Part shown: in pieces, positions 26,448 through 34,115 of the stretch | How positions within the stretch are numbered: the stretch's first letter is position 1 | How the letters are laid out: every line of letters starts with the position of its first letter | IMG/VR virus record: IMGVR_UViG_3300014202_001531 | Span: 1-34,376 of that record | Length of the DNA stretch: 34,376 nt | Origin: a virus | Taxonomy: Duplodnaviria; Caudoviricetes | Strand: one strand, 5' to 3' | Notes under the pieces: model-generated | Database searches by the model: none | The model's input: the letters and a program-made list of their open reading frames with translations, nothing else | What the model was told of the DNA's origin: nothing | Made by a program: the position numbers and the translations under genes

Positions 26448-27173
26448 TCACCGTTTGACGGCCAACCAACCGGCGAAGTTGAACCAGCGCCAGAAGCAAT
26501 CGACGTGGGCAAAGCCGGTCTGTTTGAGCATTTCTTCGTTCCAGACAGCCGTCACGGGAACCAGCACGCCTTCCAGAGATAGGCGTTTGCGGTCAATTTG
26601 CTCCTGGCTGTATCCGTTGCGCCGCTTGAGATCGTAGTAGAGAGAGACCATGTGGCCGTCGATCTCAGCCGAGCCGCCGAGCACCTTTTCCACCAGCAAG
26701 AACGCCCCGCCTGGCGCAAGCGCGTCGTAGATGTCCTGGAGGATGCGCAGCCGGTATTCGATGGGGGTGAACTGGATGGTGAGCACGGAGAGAATGACGC
26801 TGGCGTTGGCGAAGGGCAGGCCGGGCGAGCGCAGATCGTGGCGACGAATGTCGATGACGCCTGCGTCGATGAGACTGCCGAACCGTTGGCGTGCGGCGTG
26901 CAGCATGGGGTCGCTGATGTCCAGGCCGACGAACCGGCAGGTTGCGCCGAGGCGGTCTACCAGTTGGGCGATGGCCTCTCCACGTGAGCAGCCCAAGTCG
27001 CCGATGATTGCGCCCCGTTTGATGTAGCGGAGGGCAAGGGACGTGCAGGCATCCCGCATGGCTTCGTACTGCGGGATGCTGCGGGCGAGCATGTCGTCGA
27101 AGACGCTGGTCACATCTTCGTTGAATGTCCATGCGCCGGTGGGCGCTACGTTGTCGCGAGGAGGGTTCTGCAT
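26448..27173 (-). CDS. cmoA: CmoA-like carboxy-S-adenosyl-L-methionine synthase
   Basis: WTFNEDVTSVFDDMLARSIPQY, DLGCSRG, LTIQF, VEK, KRLSLEGVL, GF..FWRWFNFAGWLAVK follow the CmoA pattern along the full length. Confidence 0.85.
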   Translation of the reverse strand: MQNPPRDNVAPTGAWTFNEDVTSVFDDMLARSIPQYEAMRDACTSLALRYIKRGAIIGDLGCSRGEAIAQLVDRLGATCRFVGLDISDPMLHAARQRFGSLIDAGVIDIRRHDLRSPGLPFANASVILSVLTIQFTPIEYRLRILQDIYDALAPGGAFLLVEKVLGGSAEIDGHMVSLYYDLKRRNGYSQEQIDRKRLSLEGVLVPVTAVWNEEMLKQTGFAHVDCFWRWFNFAGWLAVKR

Positions 27174-27583
27174 CGTTCGTCCTCAATCGGGATGGCGAGA
27201 ATGTCTTGGCGGGCGTACATGGCCCTGGTCTTGGGATTGCTCTCCAGGGCGAGATAGGCGGCGCGTGCATCCCCATACTTGGGGAACACGTACTGAGTGA
27301 GATAGGCGAATTTGGCCGAGGCGGGCGGCAGGTTGGCGTAGTTGAAATAGGCGTCGGCTGGCTGCCAGCCGTTTGTCTGTGCGGCGATGTTGGCGAGGGT
27401 CGCGGCGCGGTGTTTCTCTGGCCGGGCGGTCAAAAGGATGACCACGTGCGGGCGCAGTAGGTCGAGCAGCCACAGGCGGTAGGTCTCTTTGGCGATGCAG
27501 GCGGCGAACGGTTCGCCGGTCTTCGCCCTGACCACCGGACTGTTTTCGGCAAAGGTGTAGTTGAGGTCGAGCAGAACGATCAT
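27146..27583 (-). CDS. HAD-superfamily (PNKP-phosphatase-like) protein with atypical catalytic motifs
   Basis: LLDLNYT (motif I), LLTARP (II), K (III), ALESNP (IV). Confidence 0.65.
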   Translation of the reverse strand: MIVLLDLNYTFAENSPVVRAKTGEPFAACIAKETYRLWLLDLLRPHVVILLTARPEKHRAATLANIAAQTNGWQPADAYFNYANLPPASAKFAYLTQYVFPKYGDARAAYLALESNPKTRAMYARQDILAIPIEDERCRTLLATT

Positions 27584-29073
27584 AGGGCAACCCCCAGTCT
27601 TTGCGAGAAGGCGGCGACGGCTTCGTCGGCCAGCCCCATGCGCTGTCCGTCCGGGTAGGGCAGGTCAAACTCGAAGGCAAGGGCTTCTTTCAGCCCGTGG
27701 GCGATGTCGAAGGGTTGGGCGGCCACAGCGCAGACGTTGCCCCCGTCGATAGTCACCTGCACTTGGGAGAAGGCGGTTTTGAGGAGAGCGTAGAATTCCT
27801 CCGGCGTGTGATACTTTTGAATCTTGGGCAGTTCGGAAATGTCGCCCATCGCAATGCCCGGCTCATAGTCAAGTTTGAGGCGGGACTTCCCGGCGTCGCC
27901 GTCGTTGAGGTACTGGGCTTGGAAGGTGCGATAGGCGACGCATTGGGTGTGCAGGGCGACGAAATAGGCTTTGCCGTCGCAGAGGGCGGAAACGATTTTG
28001 ACGATGGCGCGCCGGTCTTCGTAGAAGGGCACGCTGTTGAGAACGGAGGAGACGAAGACGCTCTCATAGCGCCGTCCGCTGGCCACGTCGGTCAGAAAGA
28101 GGCGGGCGCATTCGATGGACTTGGCGCGGTCGATTTCGGAGCCAGTCAGCCGGTACGGTTCAAAGGCGGCCACGTGGATTCCGGCAGAGCGCAGCAGTTC
28201 CGTTTCGGTGAAGTGGCCAGCCCCAAAATCGACAACGCTGGTTCCGTGCACTTTCACCCACTTGGCTCTGTCCATTGCATTTGCAATGTTGAACTGGCGG
28301 CTTGGCCTGCCCTTGATCACCCAGTAGGTCATGCCCCGTCCCAGGTAGGGGCGGACGTGGTGACTGCGGCGGAAGGAGTTGTAGCGCAGCAGATCGGCGT
28401 ACTTGGTGTGCAGGTCGAAGTCCATGCTGAGCAGGTTGAGCATGGCGCGGGCGAACTCGGCGCGGGTTGGGTCGAGGGTGAGGACGCACCAGGAACTTTC
28501 GCCTGCTTCGGCCAGCATCTGCAAGCGCCCGATTCCGTTGACGACGCAGCCGCTTTCGTCGGCGATGATGGGCATGATCACCCCGTGACGGCGCAGGCTC
28601 TTGGCCACGTTGTGCGCATGGCGCATCCAGCGCCCCCGATTCGCCTTGAGCAGCGGGGCGAGAGGGATGAGCGGCAGGTTGAGGCAGGGGAAGCGGTCGA
28701 TGGGATGATCGGGCAAGGCGGCGGCGAGACGGTCGATGGATGCACGGTCGATGCGGCTGACCGTGGCGGCGGGCGTGTCGTCCAGAGCGAAGTCGTTGGT
28801 CGAGCGGTTGAAAAGGATGTTGAGCGCCTTGCGCTGATTGTCGGGCATGGCGGGCAGGCGGATGACGGGAACCTGTGTGTAGCCCAAGTCACGGGCGACG
28901 AAGACCCGCTGATGGCCGGAGAGAATCTCGCCGTCCACGGTGGCGTAGGCGGGCAGCAGCCAGCCCAGTTTTTGGAGAGAGAGGCGCACCAGGGCGAGAC
29001 GCTCTGCGTCCACCTTGCGCGGGTTATAGCTGGCGAAGCGGAGAGCGGCGGGCGAGAGAAGTTCAATCTGCAT
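27580..29073 (-). CDS. Tandem ParB/Srx-like domains fused to class I SAM-dependent transferase (497 aa)
   Basis: YNPRK..SLQKLGWLLP..ILSGHQR; SLRRHGVIMPIIAD..VVNGIGR; VVDFGAG, FEPY, SSVLNSVPF. Confidence 0.8.
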   Translation of the reverse strand: MQIELLSPAALRFASYNPRKVDAERLALVRLSLQKLGWLLPAYATVDGEILSGHQRVFVARDLGYTQVPVIRLPAMPDNQRKALNILFNRSTNDFALDDTPAATVSRIDRASIDRLAAALPDHPIDRFPCLNLPLIPLAPLLKANRGRWMRHAHNVAKSLRRHGVIMPIIADESGCVVNGIGRLQMLAEAGESSWCVLTLDPTRAEFARAMLNLLSMDFDLHTKYADLLRYNSFRRSHHVRPYLGRGMTYWVIKGRPSRQFNIANAMDRAKWVKVHGTSVVDFGAGHFTETELLRSAGIHVAAFEPYRLTGSEIDRAKSIECARLFLTDVASGRRYESVFVSSVLNSVPFYEDRRAIVKIVSALCDGKAYFVALHTQCVAYRTFQAQYLNDGDAGKSRLKLDYEPGIAMGDISELPKIQKYHTPEEFYALLKTAFSQVQVTIDGGNVCAVAAQPFDIAHGLKEALAFEFDLPYPDGQRMGLADEAVAAFSQRLGVAL

Positions 29074-29704
29074 GGAGACCCATTCTCCGGCGCATCTCGG
29101 CGAGGATGGCCTCTTTGTCGAAGCCCACTGCTTCACGGATTTGTTCGAGCCATTCGAGGTAGTCGCTGCGCTTAACGAAGGTGCGGTATTCCCCGATGCT
29201 GAGGATGGTGTCGCTGGCCTCTTGGGGCGCTTCGTTGGCGAAGGAGGCGATGCCATCGGCGATGGGTTCTTCGTCGGGTGTCTCTACAGAGGCGAACAGT
29301 TCGCCCATTTCGTCGGGCGTCCACAACCCGTCGAGCAGACCGAGGGCGGCGTCGCCTTGAAGAATCTCCAGGTGCCAGGAAAGCCCTGCTTCGGAGGAGC
29401 GGTTGTCGGCCAGGGCGAGGCGGCGGGCTTTGTCGGCGGTGTCCGGGTCATCGAGGGAAATGTCGGTGCGCTTTACGACCACCAGTTCATCGCCCTGCGT
29501 TTCGACAATGCGGATGCGGCCTGTGCCGTTCTCTTTCCACACCTTGACCGTCTGGTTGCCCGCCAGCACGTTGAGATCGGCGTCAACGAGGATGGAGCGG
29601 CCCGCCCCTCCTTCGTCAACGCTCAGGGAGAGAATCTCTTTGCCCCGCTTCGTGCCCTGGTTGGCGTTCCGTGCGTCCAGTTTGAGTGCATCAATATCGG
29701 CCAT
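29063..29704 (-). CDS. Phage ParB/Srx-like protein
   Basis: DARNAN..GAGRSILVD..VLAGNQT..ARRLALADNR. Confidence 0.8.
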   Translation of the reverse strand: MADIDALKLDARNANQGTKRGKEILSLSVDEGGAGRSILVDADLNVLAGNQTVKVWKENGTGRIRIVETQGDELVVVKRTDISLDDPDTADKARRLALADNRSSEAGLSWHLEILQGDAALGLLDGLWTPDEMGELFASVETPDEEPIADGIASFANEAPQEASDTILSIGEYRTFVKRSDYLEWLEQIREAVGFDKEAILAEMRRRMGLHAD

Positions 29705-29807
29705 GTTGCCCCGCCCGTCTGCTTACAAACCTGCTTGTTGAGCGAAGCATAACACAGGGTGGAGAAAAATACCATTATTACTATTCTAACTGTGGATTTA
29801 TTGACTA

Positions 29808-29835
29808 AACATATCAATTAAAGTGATTTATGCAA
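29808..29835 (-). promoter_or_regulatory. Putative sigma70-type promoter for the modification/packaging operon
   Basis: AT-rich island; minus strand TTGCAT-16 bp-TATGTT with TGA extended -10. Confidence 0.45.
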
Positions 29836-29840
29836 TGAGG

Positions 29841-30185
29841 CTAGGGACTCGCCTTCTTCCTGCGGTTCTGGGCGTGATGGGCGGCGTCGTGGCGCAGGTG
29901 GCACTGCTGGCAGAGGGCAAGCAGGTTGGACGGGTGGTTGTTGGCGATGTCGTGATCGAGGTGGGCGATGGTGAGGATGATGCGGAAGAACTTCGCACCT
30001 TTCGTCTGGGGAACCGGCTGGCCGGGCGTGCAGCCAGGGGTTGGCACGAACACGCCCGCCCAGTTGCGGTATCCGTCAGCGTAGTTGGGCAGCCCGCACC
30101 GTTCGCACCGATGGCCAGCCCGCTCAAGGATGGACAAACGAATGGCCTTCCAGTTCGGCGGGTAGCGCCGGTAGTCAATGGGCAT
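29841..30185 (-). CDS. HNH endonuclease-like protein
   Basis: YPPNWKAIR, CERC, LTIAHLDHD..NLLALCQQCHLRHD. Confidence 0.85.
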   Translation of the reverse strand: MPIDYRRYPPNWKAIRLSILERAGHRCERCGLPNYADGYRNWAGVFVPTPGCTPGQPVPQTKGAKFFRIILTIAHLDHDIANNHPSNLLALCQQCHLRHDAAHHAQNRRKKASP

Positions 30186-30423
30186 GGGAGTCGTCCATCG
30201 TTGCGGCGGCGGCGGTCAGTTCGGCGGCGACTTCTCGGTAGCGGGACGCACGGATGAAGAAGGACGACACATCGCCGCGCGGCAGTCCCTGGTCGATTTC
30301 GCTCTGGGCGGCGGCTTCTTCGCTTTCCGCCAGTTTTTGCCAATGGGCGGCGGCGTCCAGTACGTCCTGCTTCGTCGGTGGGACTGGAGTGGCGATGACA
30401 GTGGGCGTTCGGGAATGTCTCAC
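30175..30423 (-). CDS. Hypothetical protein (82 aa)
   Basis: GTGA overlap with upstream gene; fills gap. Confidence 0.5.
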   Translation of the reverse strand: MRHSRTPTVIATPVPPTKQDVLDAAAHWQKLAESEEAAAQSEIDQGLPRGDVSSFFIRASRYREVAAELTAAAATMDDSHAH

Positions 30424-30632
30424 AGCGCGCCCGCCTTCAGAATGTCCTTGAAGACAATGGCTTTGAGCGCCGTTTCGAGAGGCGTTTCCTTTTTGTCGCC
30501 GCCTGTGCCGCCGCAGGCCGGGCAGTCGTCGCACTCGCCGCTCTCCAGGTAGATTTCGCCAGCCCCCTGACAGGCGGCGCACTCGTCGTGCTGGATGACG
30601 TAGAACTTGCGGATGGTCTTGGTTGTCGTCAT
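30420..30632 (-). CDS. Small CxxCxGxG zinc-finger protein
   Basis: CAACQGAG..CPACGGTG; GGAG RBS. Confidence 0.7.
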   Translation of the reverse strand: MTTTKTIRKFYVIQHDECAACQGAGEIYLESGECDDCPACGGTGGDKKETPLETALKAIVFKDILKAGAL

Positions 30633-30653
30633 GGTTGATTCTCCGATTCGTTT

Positions 30654-30902
30654 TCACCACGCCCCGATATGACGCAGCAGGTCTTTGACGCCCCGTCCTC
30701 GTGGGCCGCCCCGCTCAATCCACAGACCGGTGCCGGGCCAGAAGTCGATGCGCCCGTTGACGATGATGTGCGCTCCGCCGTTTTTGACCACGAACGGTAT
30801 GTCCCGGTCACGCAGCAGTTTGAGGGATAAGTCACGGTTACGCGCTCGCTTCGCCTGTGACTCAGCGCGCAGTTCTCTGTACAGATCGCCTACCTCGCTC
30901 AT
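30654..30902 (-). CDS. Phage hypothetical protein (82 aa)
   Basis: ATGA overlap; KNGGAHIIV..IDFWPGTGLW..GRGVKDLL. Confidence 0.7.
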   Translation of the reverse strand: MSEVGDLYRELRAESQAKRARNRDLSLKLLRDRDIPFVVKNGGAHIIVNGRIDFWPGTGLWIERGGPRGRGVKDLLRHIGAW

Positions 30903-31573
30903 GCCGCACCGCCCATCGCCCAGGCGTTCTCCACCACGTCGATGCACAGTTGGGAGACGGCTGGCGTTGCATGGGTGACATTGCGGGTGAGCAGGCGGTG
31001 AGGGGAAAGCGCCATCGTCAAAGTCTCCGCCTGTTCGTAGAGATCGTTGTACGCTTCGGCTCCCAGTTCGCCCCGCCGCACGGCCACGGCTTCGTCCGAC
31101 GCTTTGACCGCAGGCTGGCCGGTGCGCAGCAGGTTCGCCGCCTCCTGCATCAGATGGAGGGAACGACCCGCCAGTTTCGGGTCGAAGGAACCGGACTGAA
31201 CCATCTTGGCGTGCTCTGCATGGGCGTGACCACGGCAGGCGTGGACGGTCGCCATCGTGGGAAACAGGGTGCGGCTGCGAATCAGGGGCGTCATGGCCGG
31301 ATGGACGAACTGCACGTCCGGGAATTGAGCGTAGAGAGCGGCCAGACAGTTGTAGACGCCGCCGAGCAGGTGAGTGATGAAGCGCCGAAAGTCGTACTCG
31401 ATGACGTCGGCGGTTCCAACCTTGTGGTGCGTCCTGTCAGCCAACGGCGTCACGCCCACGTACTGCGCCTTGCTCCCCACCGTCACCACCAGTTGATCGT
31501 CGTCGGACGAATCGACGTGCAGCCCCGACAGGCGAGACCCCACGTTGCAGACGAACAGCTTTTGCCCTTTCAC
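30899..31573 (-). CDS. DNA polymerase beta-superfamily nucleotidyltransferase (RlaP/NrdC.11-like)
   Basis: VGSRLSGLHVDSSDDD (GS..G....SD.D); helical C-terminus with KLAGRSLHLM; AAGGAG RBS. Confidence 0.75.
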   Translation of the reverse strand: MKGQKLFVCNVGSRLSGLHVDSSDDDQLVVTVGSKAQYVGVTPLADRTHHKVGTADVIEYDFRRFITHLLGGVYNCLAALYAQFPDVQFVHPAMTPLIRSRTLFPTMATVHACRGHAHAEHAKMVQSGSFDPKLAGRSLHLMQEAANLLRTGQPAVKASDEAVAVRRGELGAEAYNDLYEQAETLTMALSPHRLLTRNVTHATPAVSQLCIDVVENAWAMGGAA

Positions 31574-31623
31574 CAGAAGACTCCTTTCCGTTGCCCATTG
31601 CCCGAATAATCAACAATGACAAT

Positions 31624-31652
31624 ATATTATCAATTTTACTGATTATTTGCAA
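31624..31652 (-). promoter_or_regulatory. Near-consensus sigma70 promoter upstream of nucleotidyltransferase
   Basis: Minus strand TTGCAA-17 bp-TAATAT with TGA extended -10 in an AT-rich island. Confidence 0.7.
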
Positions 31653-31681
31653 GTGAGAGTGATTCTGATGTGAGGCTTCTT

Positions 31682-32560
31682 CTACACCTTGAAGCGGCTC
31701 ACCCAGGCGATGACGGCGGCTTTGGTGGGATAGTGCTCGATGTTGAGTTGCCAGCCTCGATTCTGCCCTTGATGGAGGACGGGGAGGATGACGGGCGGTT
31801 GGCCGTGCTGCGGTTTGGTCAGCATGGCCACCGCTTCTTGGCCCCAGGTCTCCCGGTTCCATTCGCCGCCAGATGAGCGCCAGGGCACGCCGAATTTGAT
31901 GTGCCCTTTCGGGTGAAGGAACTCAGGCGATGGCTTGCCGTCTTCCCCGTACAGGCTGAGCAGGTAGTCGGCCACGGCTTCACGGGCGGGGAAACTGCGC
32001 TGCACGGTGAAGGAGCCGGTCTTGGGCAGCGCCTGTTGATCGAGGGTGAGCCGCTGCACCATGTCGTAGATTGCCCGCATGTGGTCTTGCAGTTCGGCCA
32101 GCCGCTGGTCAGCGTGGATGTGCGCCATCGTCTCCAGGTGGCGATGTTCTTCGCTCTTTTCGGCCAGGTCGTAGTGGCGGTGGGCGATGTCTTCTGCGGC
32201 GGACACCCGCTTGCGCTCGGTCTTTTCGTTCTCTTTGATCTCCAGGACGGCGGGCAGATCGCCGTTGAGAATGATGAGGCAGACGACGCCAGCGATCAGC
32301 CAGAGGGCGAACCCGGCGATGAAGCCGACCCAACCGGGCACGCCGAACAGTTTGTAGATGGAGACCCCGGCGAGGATGCTGCCGGAAGTGATGAACAGGC
32401 CGACGATGACTGTCATGCCGACCGTGGAGGGTTGGTTGCTGGCCTGGACGACCCGCACGGGCTGCGCTCGCTCCGGCAGCGCCCCCATCACTTCCCGCAC
32501 GTCGGGCGGCGGAGTCTGCGCAGTCTGCCGGGTAATGGCCGTTCGTCGGTTGTCATGCAT
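31682..32560 (-). CDS. Two-TM membrane protein with coiled coil and C-terminal globular domain
   Basis: AAGGAG RBS; two hydrophobic segments at about aa 48-98. Confidence 0.75.
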   Translation of the reverse strand: MHDNRRTAITRQTAQTPPPDVREVMGALPERAQPVRVVQASNQPSTVGMTVIVGLFITSGSILAGVSIYKLFGVPGWVGFIAGFALWLIAGVVCLIILNGDLPAVLEIKENEKTERKRVSAAEDIAHRHYDLAEKSEEHRHLETMAHIHADQRLAELQDHMRAIYDMVQRLTLDQQALPKTGSFTVQRSFPAREAVADYLLSLYGEDGKPSPEFLHPKGHIKFGVPWRSSGGEWNRETWGQEAVAMLTKPQHGQPPVILPVLHQGQNRGWQLNIEHYPTKAAVIAWVSRFKV

Positions 32561-32600
32561 GTCGCCCCCCGCTCCTTACTCACTACTACGCCACCCCTGC

Positions 32601-32821
32601 CTATTGCGTTTGCAATGGCCGCCCCTTGACTGACTATTGCGTATGCAATGGCTTCCCCGTGCCATGCCCTATTGCGTATGCAATGGCACCCGCTGCCGTT
32701 CACTATTGCGTATGCAATGGCCGCCCCCTGACTGACTATTGCGTTCGCAATGGCTTCCCCGTGCCATGCCCTATTGCATATGCAATGGCCACCCCGTGGC
32801 TGACTATTGCGTTCGCAATGG
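32601..32821. repeat. Array of seven 18-bp palindromes CTATTGC-RTWY-GCAATGG
   Basis: Copies at 32601, 32634, 32669, 32703, 32736, 32771, 32804. Confidence 0.95.
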
Positions 32822-33016
32822 CCTACCTTCGTTTGCCCCAAAGGAAGGGCGGGCGACAAAGACGAGCGCCAGCAGCGCGCAGCCGAGCAGGGCAAGCAGT
32901 GTCAGGCGCAGAGGGGCGTCGCTCCACTTCATCCACCGCCGCCGCAGACGAGGCAGAAAGGGAGCCTTTGGGGAAACAGCGGCGATGCGCCAGCCGGAAT
33001 GGTTGTGCTTGATCAT
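32804..33016 (-). CDS. Small single-TM protein (70 aa)
   Basis: GAGG RBS; hydrophobic LTLLALLGCALLALVFVA; stop falls inside the array copy at 32804. Confidence 0.55.
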   Translation of the reverse strand: MIKHNHSGWRIAAVSPKAPFLPRLRRRWMKWSDAPLRLTLLALLGCALLALVFVARPSFGANEGRPLRTQ

Positions 33017-33027
33017 CCGTTCCTCTC

Positions 33028-33246
33028 TCAGTTCCATGCCGCCATGCGGGACGGCGCAATCCGGTTCAGTTGTTGCTCGATGGCAGCCAGGGTGACGGGT
33101 GTGCCTGTCCGCTCACCTGGATGGCCAGCCGGGTAGAGAAGGATGCGTTCGCCCCCATCGCACACAAAAGGTTCCACCTCTCTCGCCTCAATCAGCGCCT
33201 TGATGTCGTCCACCAGGTCGTCAAAGGTTCGCAGTTGCATCTTCAT
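33028..33246 (-). CDS. Hypothetical protein (about 72 aa)
   Basis: MKMQLRTFDDLVDDIKALIE..; fills gap downstream of ERF gene. Confidence 0.55.
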   Translation of the reverse strand: MKMQLRTFDDLVDDIKALIEAREVEPFVCDGGERILLYPAGHPGERTGTPVTLAAIEQQLNRIAPSRMAAWN

Positions 33247-33299
33247 CTTCGCTTTCAGTGTTGGGGAGAGGCGCACCTTGCCCCTCCCCCCTCTTTTGC

Positions 33300-34082
33300 T
33301 CACGCCGCGCTGTTGATTGCTTCCCGCCAGGCGATGAGGAACGACATCGCATTCTCCGGCTTGTGGGCGGCCTTCGCCTTGAAGACAGTAGGCCACAGGG
33401 CGGCGACCGTCTCTGCCCCGACCAGCCGTTCGCCCCATGCTTTGGCGGCGGTGTAGTGAACGTTGGTCGTCCACTCTGCTTCCCACCCGTCGCTGTCAAA
33501 CAGATTGTCCAGGTCTTCGCCCGGTTGGGGTCCGTCAGGCGACATTTCCGGCATGGCGGCGAAACTCTCCGGCGTGGGAACGTTGACCTTGCCCGGCGCA
33601 GCAGCGGCCTTTGCGCCCGCAGGAGCCGCCGCCTTGCCGTTGGGGACAGCCGGTCTGCCGTTAGGAGCCGCCGCCCTGCCGTTTGCGCCAGCCCCCCGGC
33701 TGGCCAGGTTACCGTCGTCGTCTTCGTCGGAAGTCAACCCGATCATGGCGGAGAACGAGTAGCGCCGGGCGTAGGTCATGGCCGACCCCATCCCCTGGGG
33801 CGTCTTCTGCACCGGCTCCACCGGGTAGCCGCCGGAAATCCATTCCCCGCTCGAATGGGTCAGCACGGACACCAGCACGCACCGGCCATCGGGAGTAATG
33901 TCGGTGCTCTGCACCAGCGCCAGTTCGTGCTTGGCCAGAACCGGGCGGGCCACGTCCCACAGGCTGTCGAGGGTGGAGTAGCGCCCGAAGTTCCCCCTTG
34001 CGTCTTTCGGAGCCGCCGCCATTTCGCCCTGCGCCTTGCTCAGCGCCGCCGCCAGTTTGCCAATCGTCTCAGACTGCATCAT
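33300..34082 (-). CDS. erf: ERF-family single-strand annealing protein
   Basis: LAAALSKAQGEM..YSTLD..LTHSSGEW..PQGMGSAMTYARRYS..DDDGN. Confidence 0.92.
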   Translation of the reverse strand: MMQSETIGKLAAALSKAQGEMAAAPKDARGNFGRYSTLDSLWDVARPVLAKHELALVQSTDITPDGRCVLVSVLTHSSGEWISGGYPVEPVQKTPQGMGSAMTYARRYSFSAMIGLTSDEDDDGNLASRGAGANGRAAAPNGRPAVPNGKAAAPAGAKAAAAPGKVNVPTPESFAAMPEMSPDGPQPGEDLDNLFDSDGWEAEWTTNVHYTAAKAWGERLVGAETVAALWPTVFKAKAAHKPENAMSFLIAWREAINSAA

Positions 34083-34115
34083 GTGATTCTCCTTCTATCA
34101 ACAAACCAGTCGGGT

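Noticed and set aside
6473-29175. Long plus-strand ORFs (6473-8575, 17513-19531, 22864-24822, 27601-29175 and others)
   Set aside because: Antisense shadows of motif-supported minus-strand genes in high-GC DNA; no recognisable domains
27580-29704. ParABS partition system
   Set aside because: No ParA; the ParB-like proteins show no obvious HTH and are of the modification-associated type
32601-32821. CRISPR or TIGR-type guide array
   Set aside because: Repeats of 18 bp and spacers of 15-17 nt are too short for CRISPR; spacers are duplicated and mutually similar; no cas or Nop-domain gene in the window
32488-32895. 135-aa ORF reading through the palindrome array (and plus-strand Cys-rich equivalents)
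   Set aside because: Repeat-derived, overlaps better-supported genes at both ends, no clear RBS
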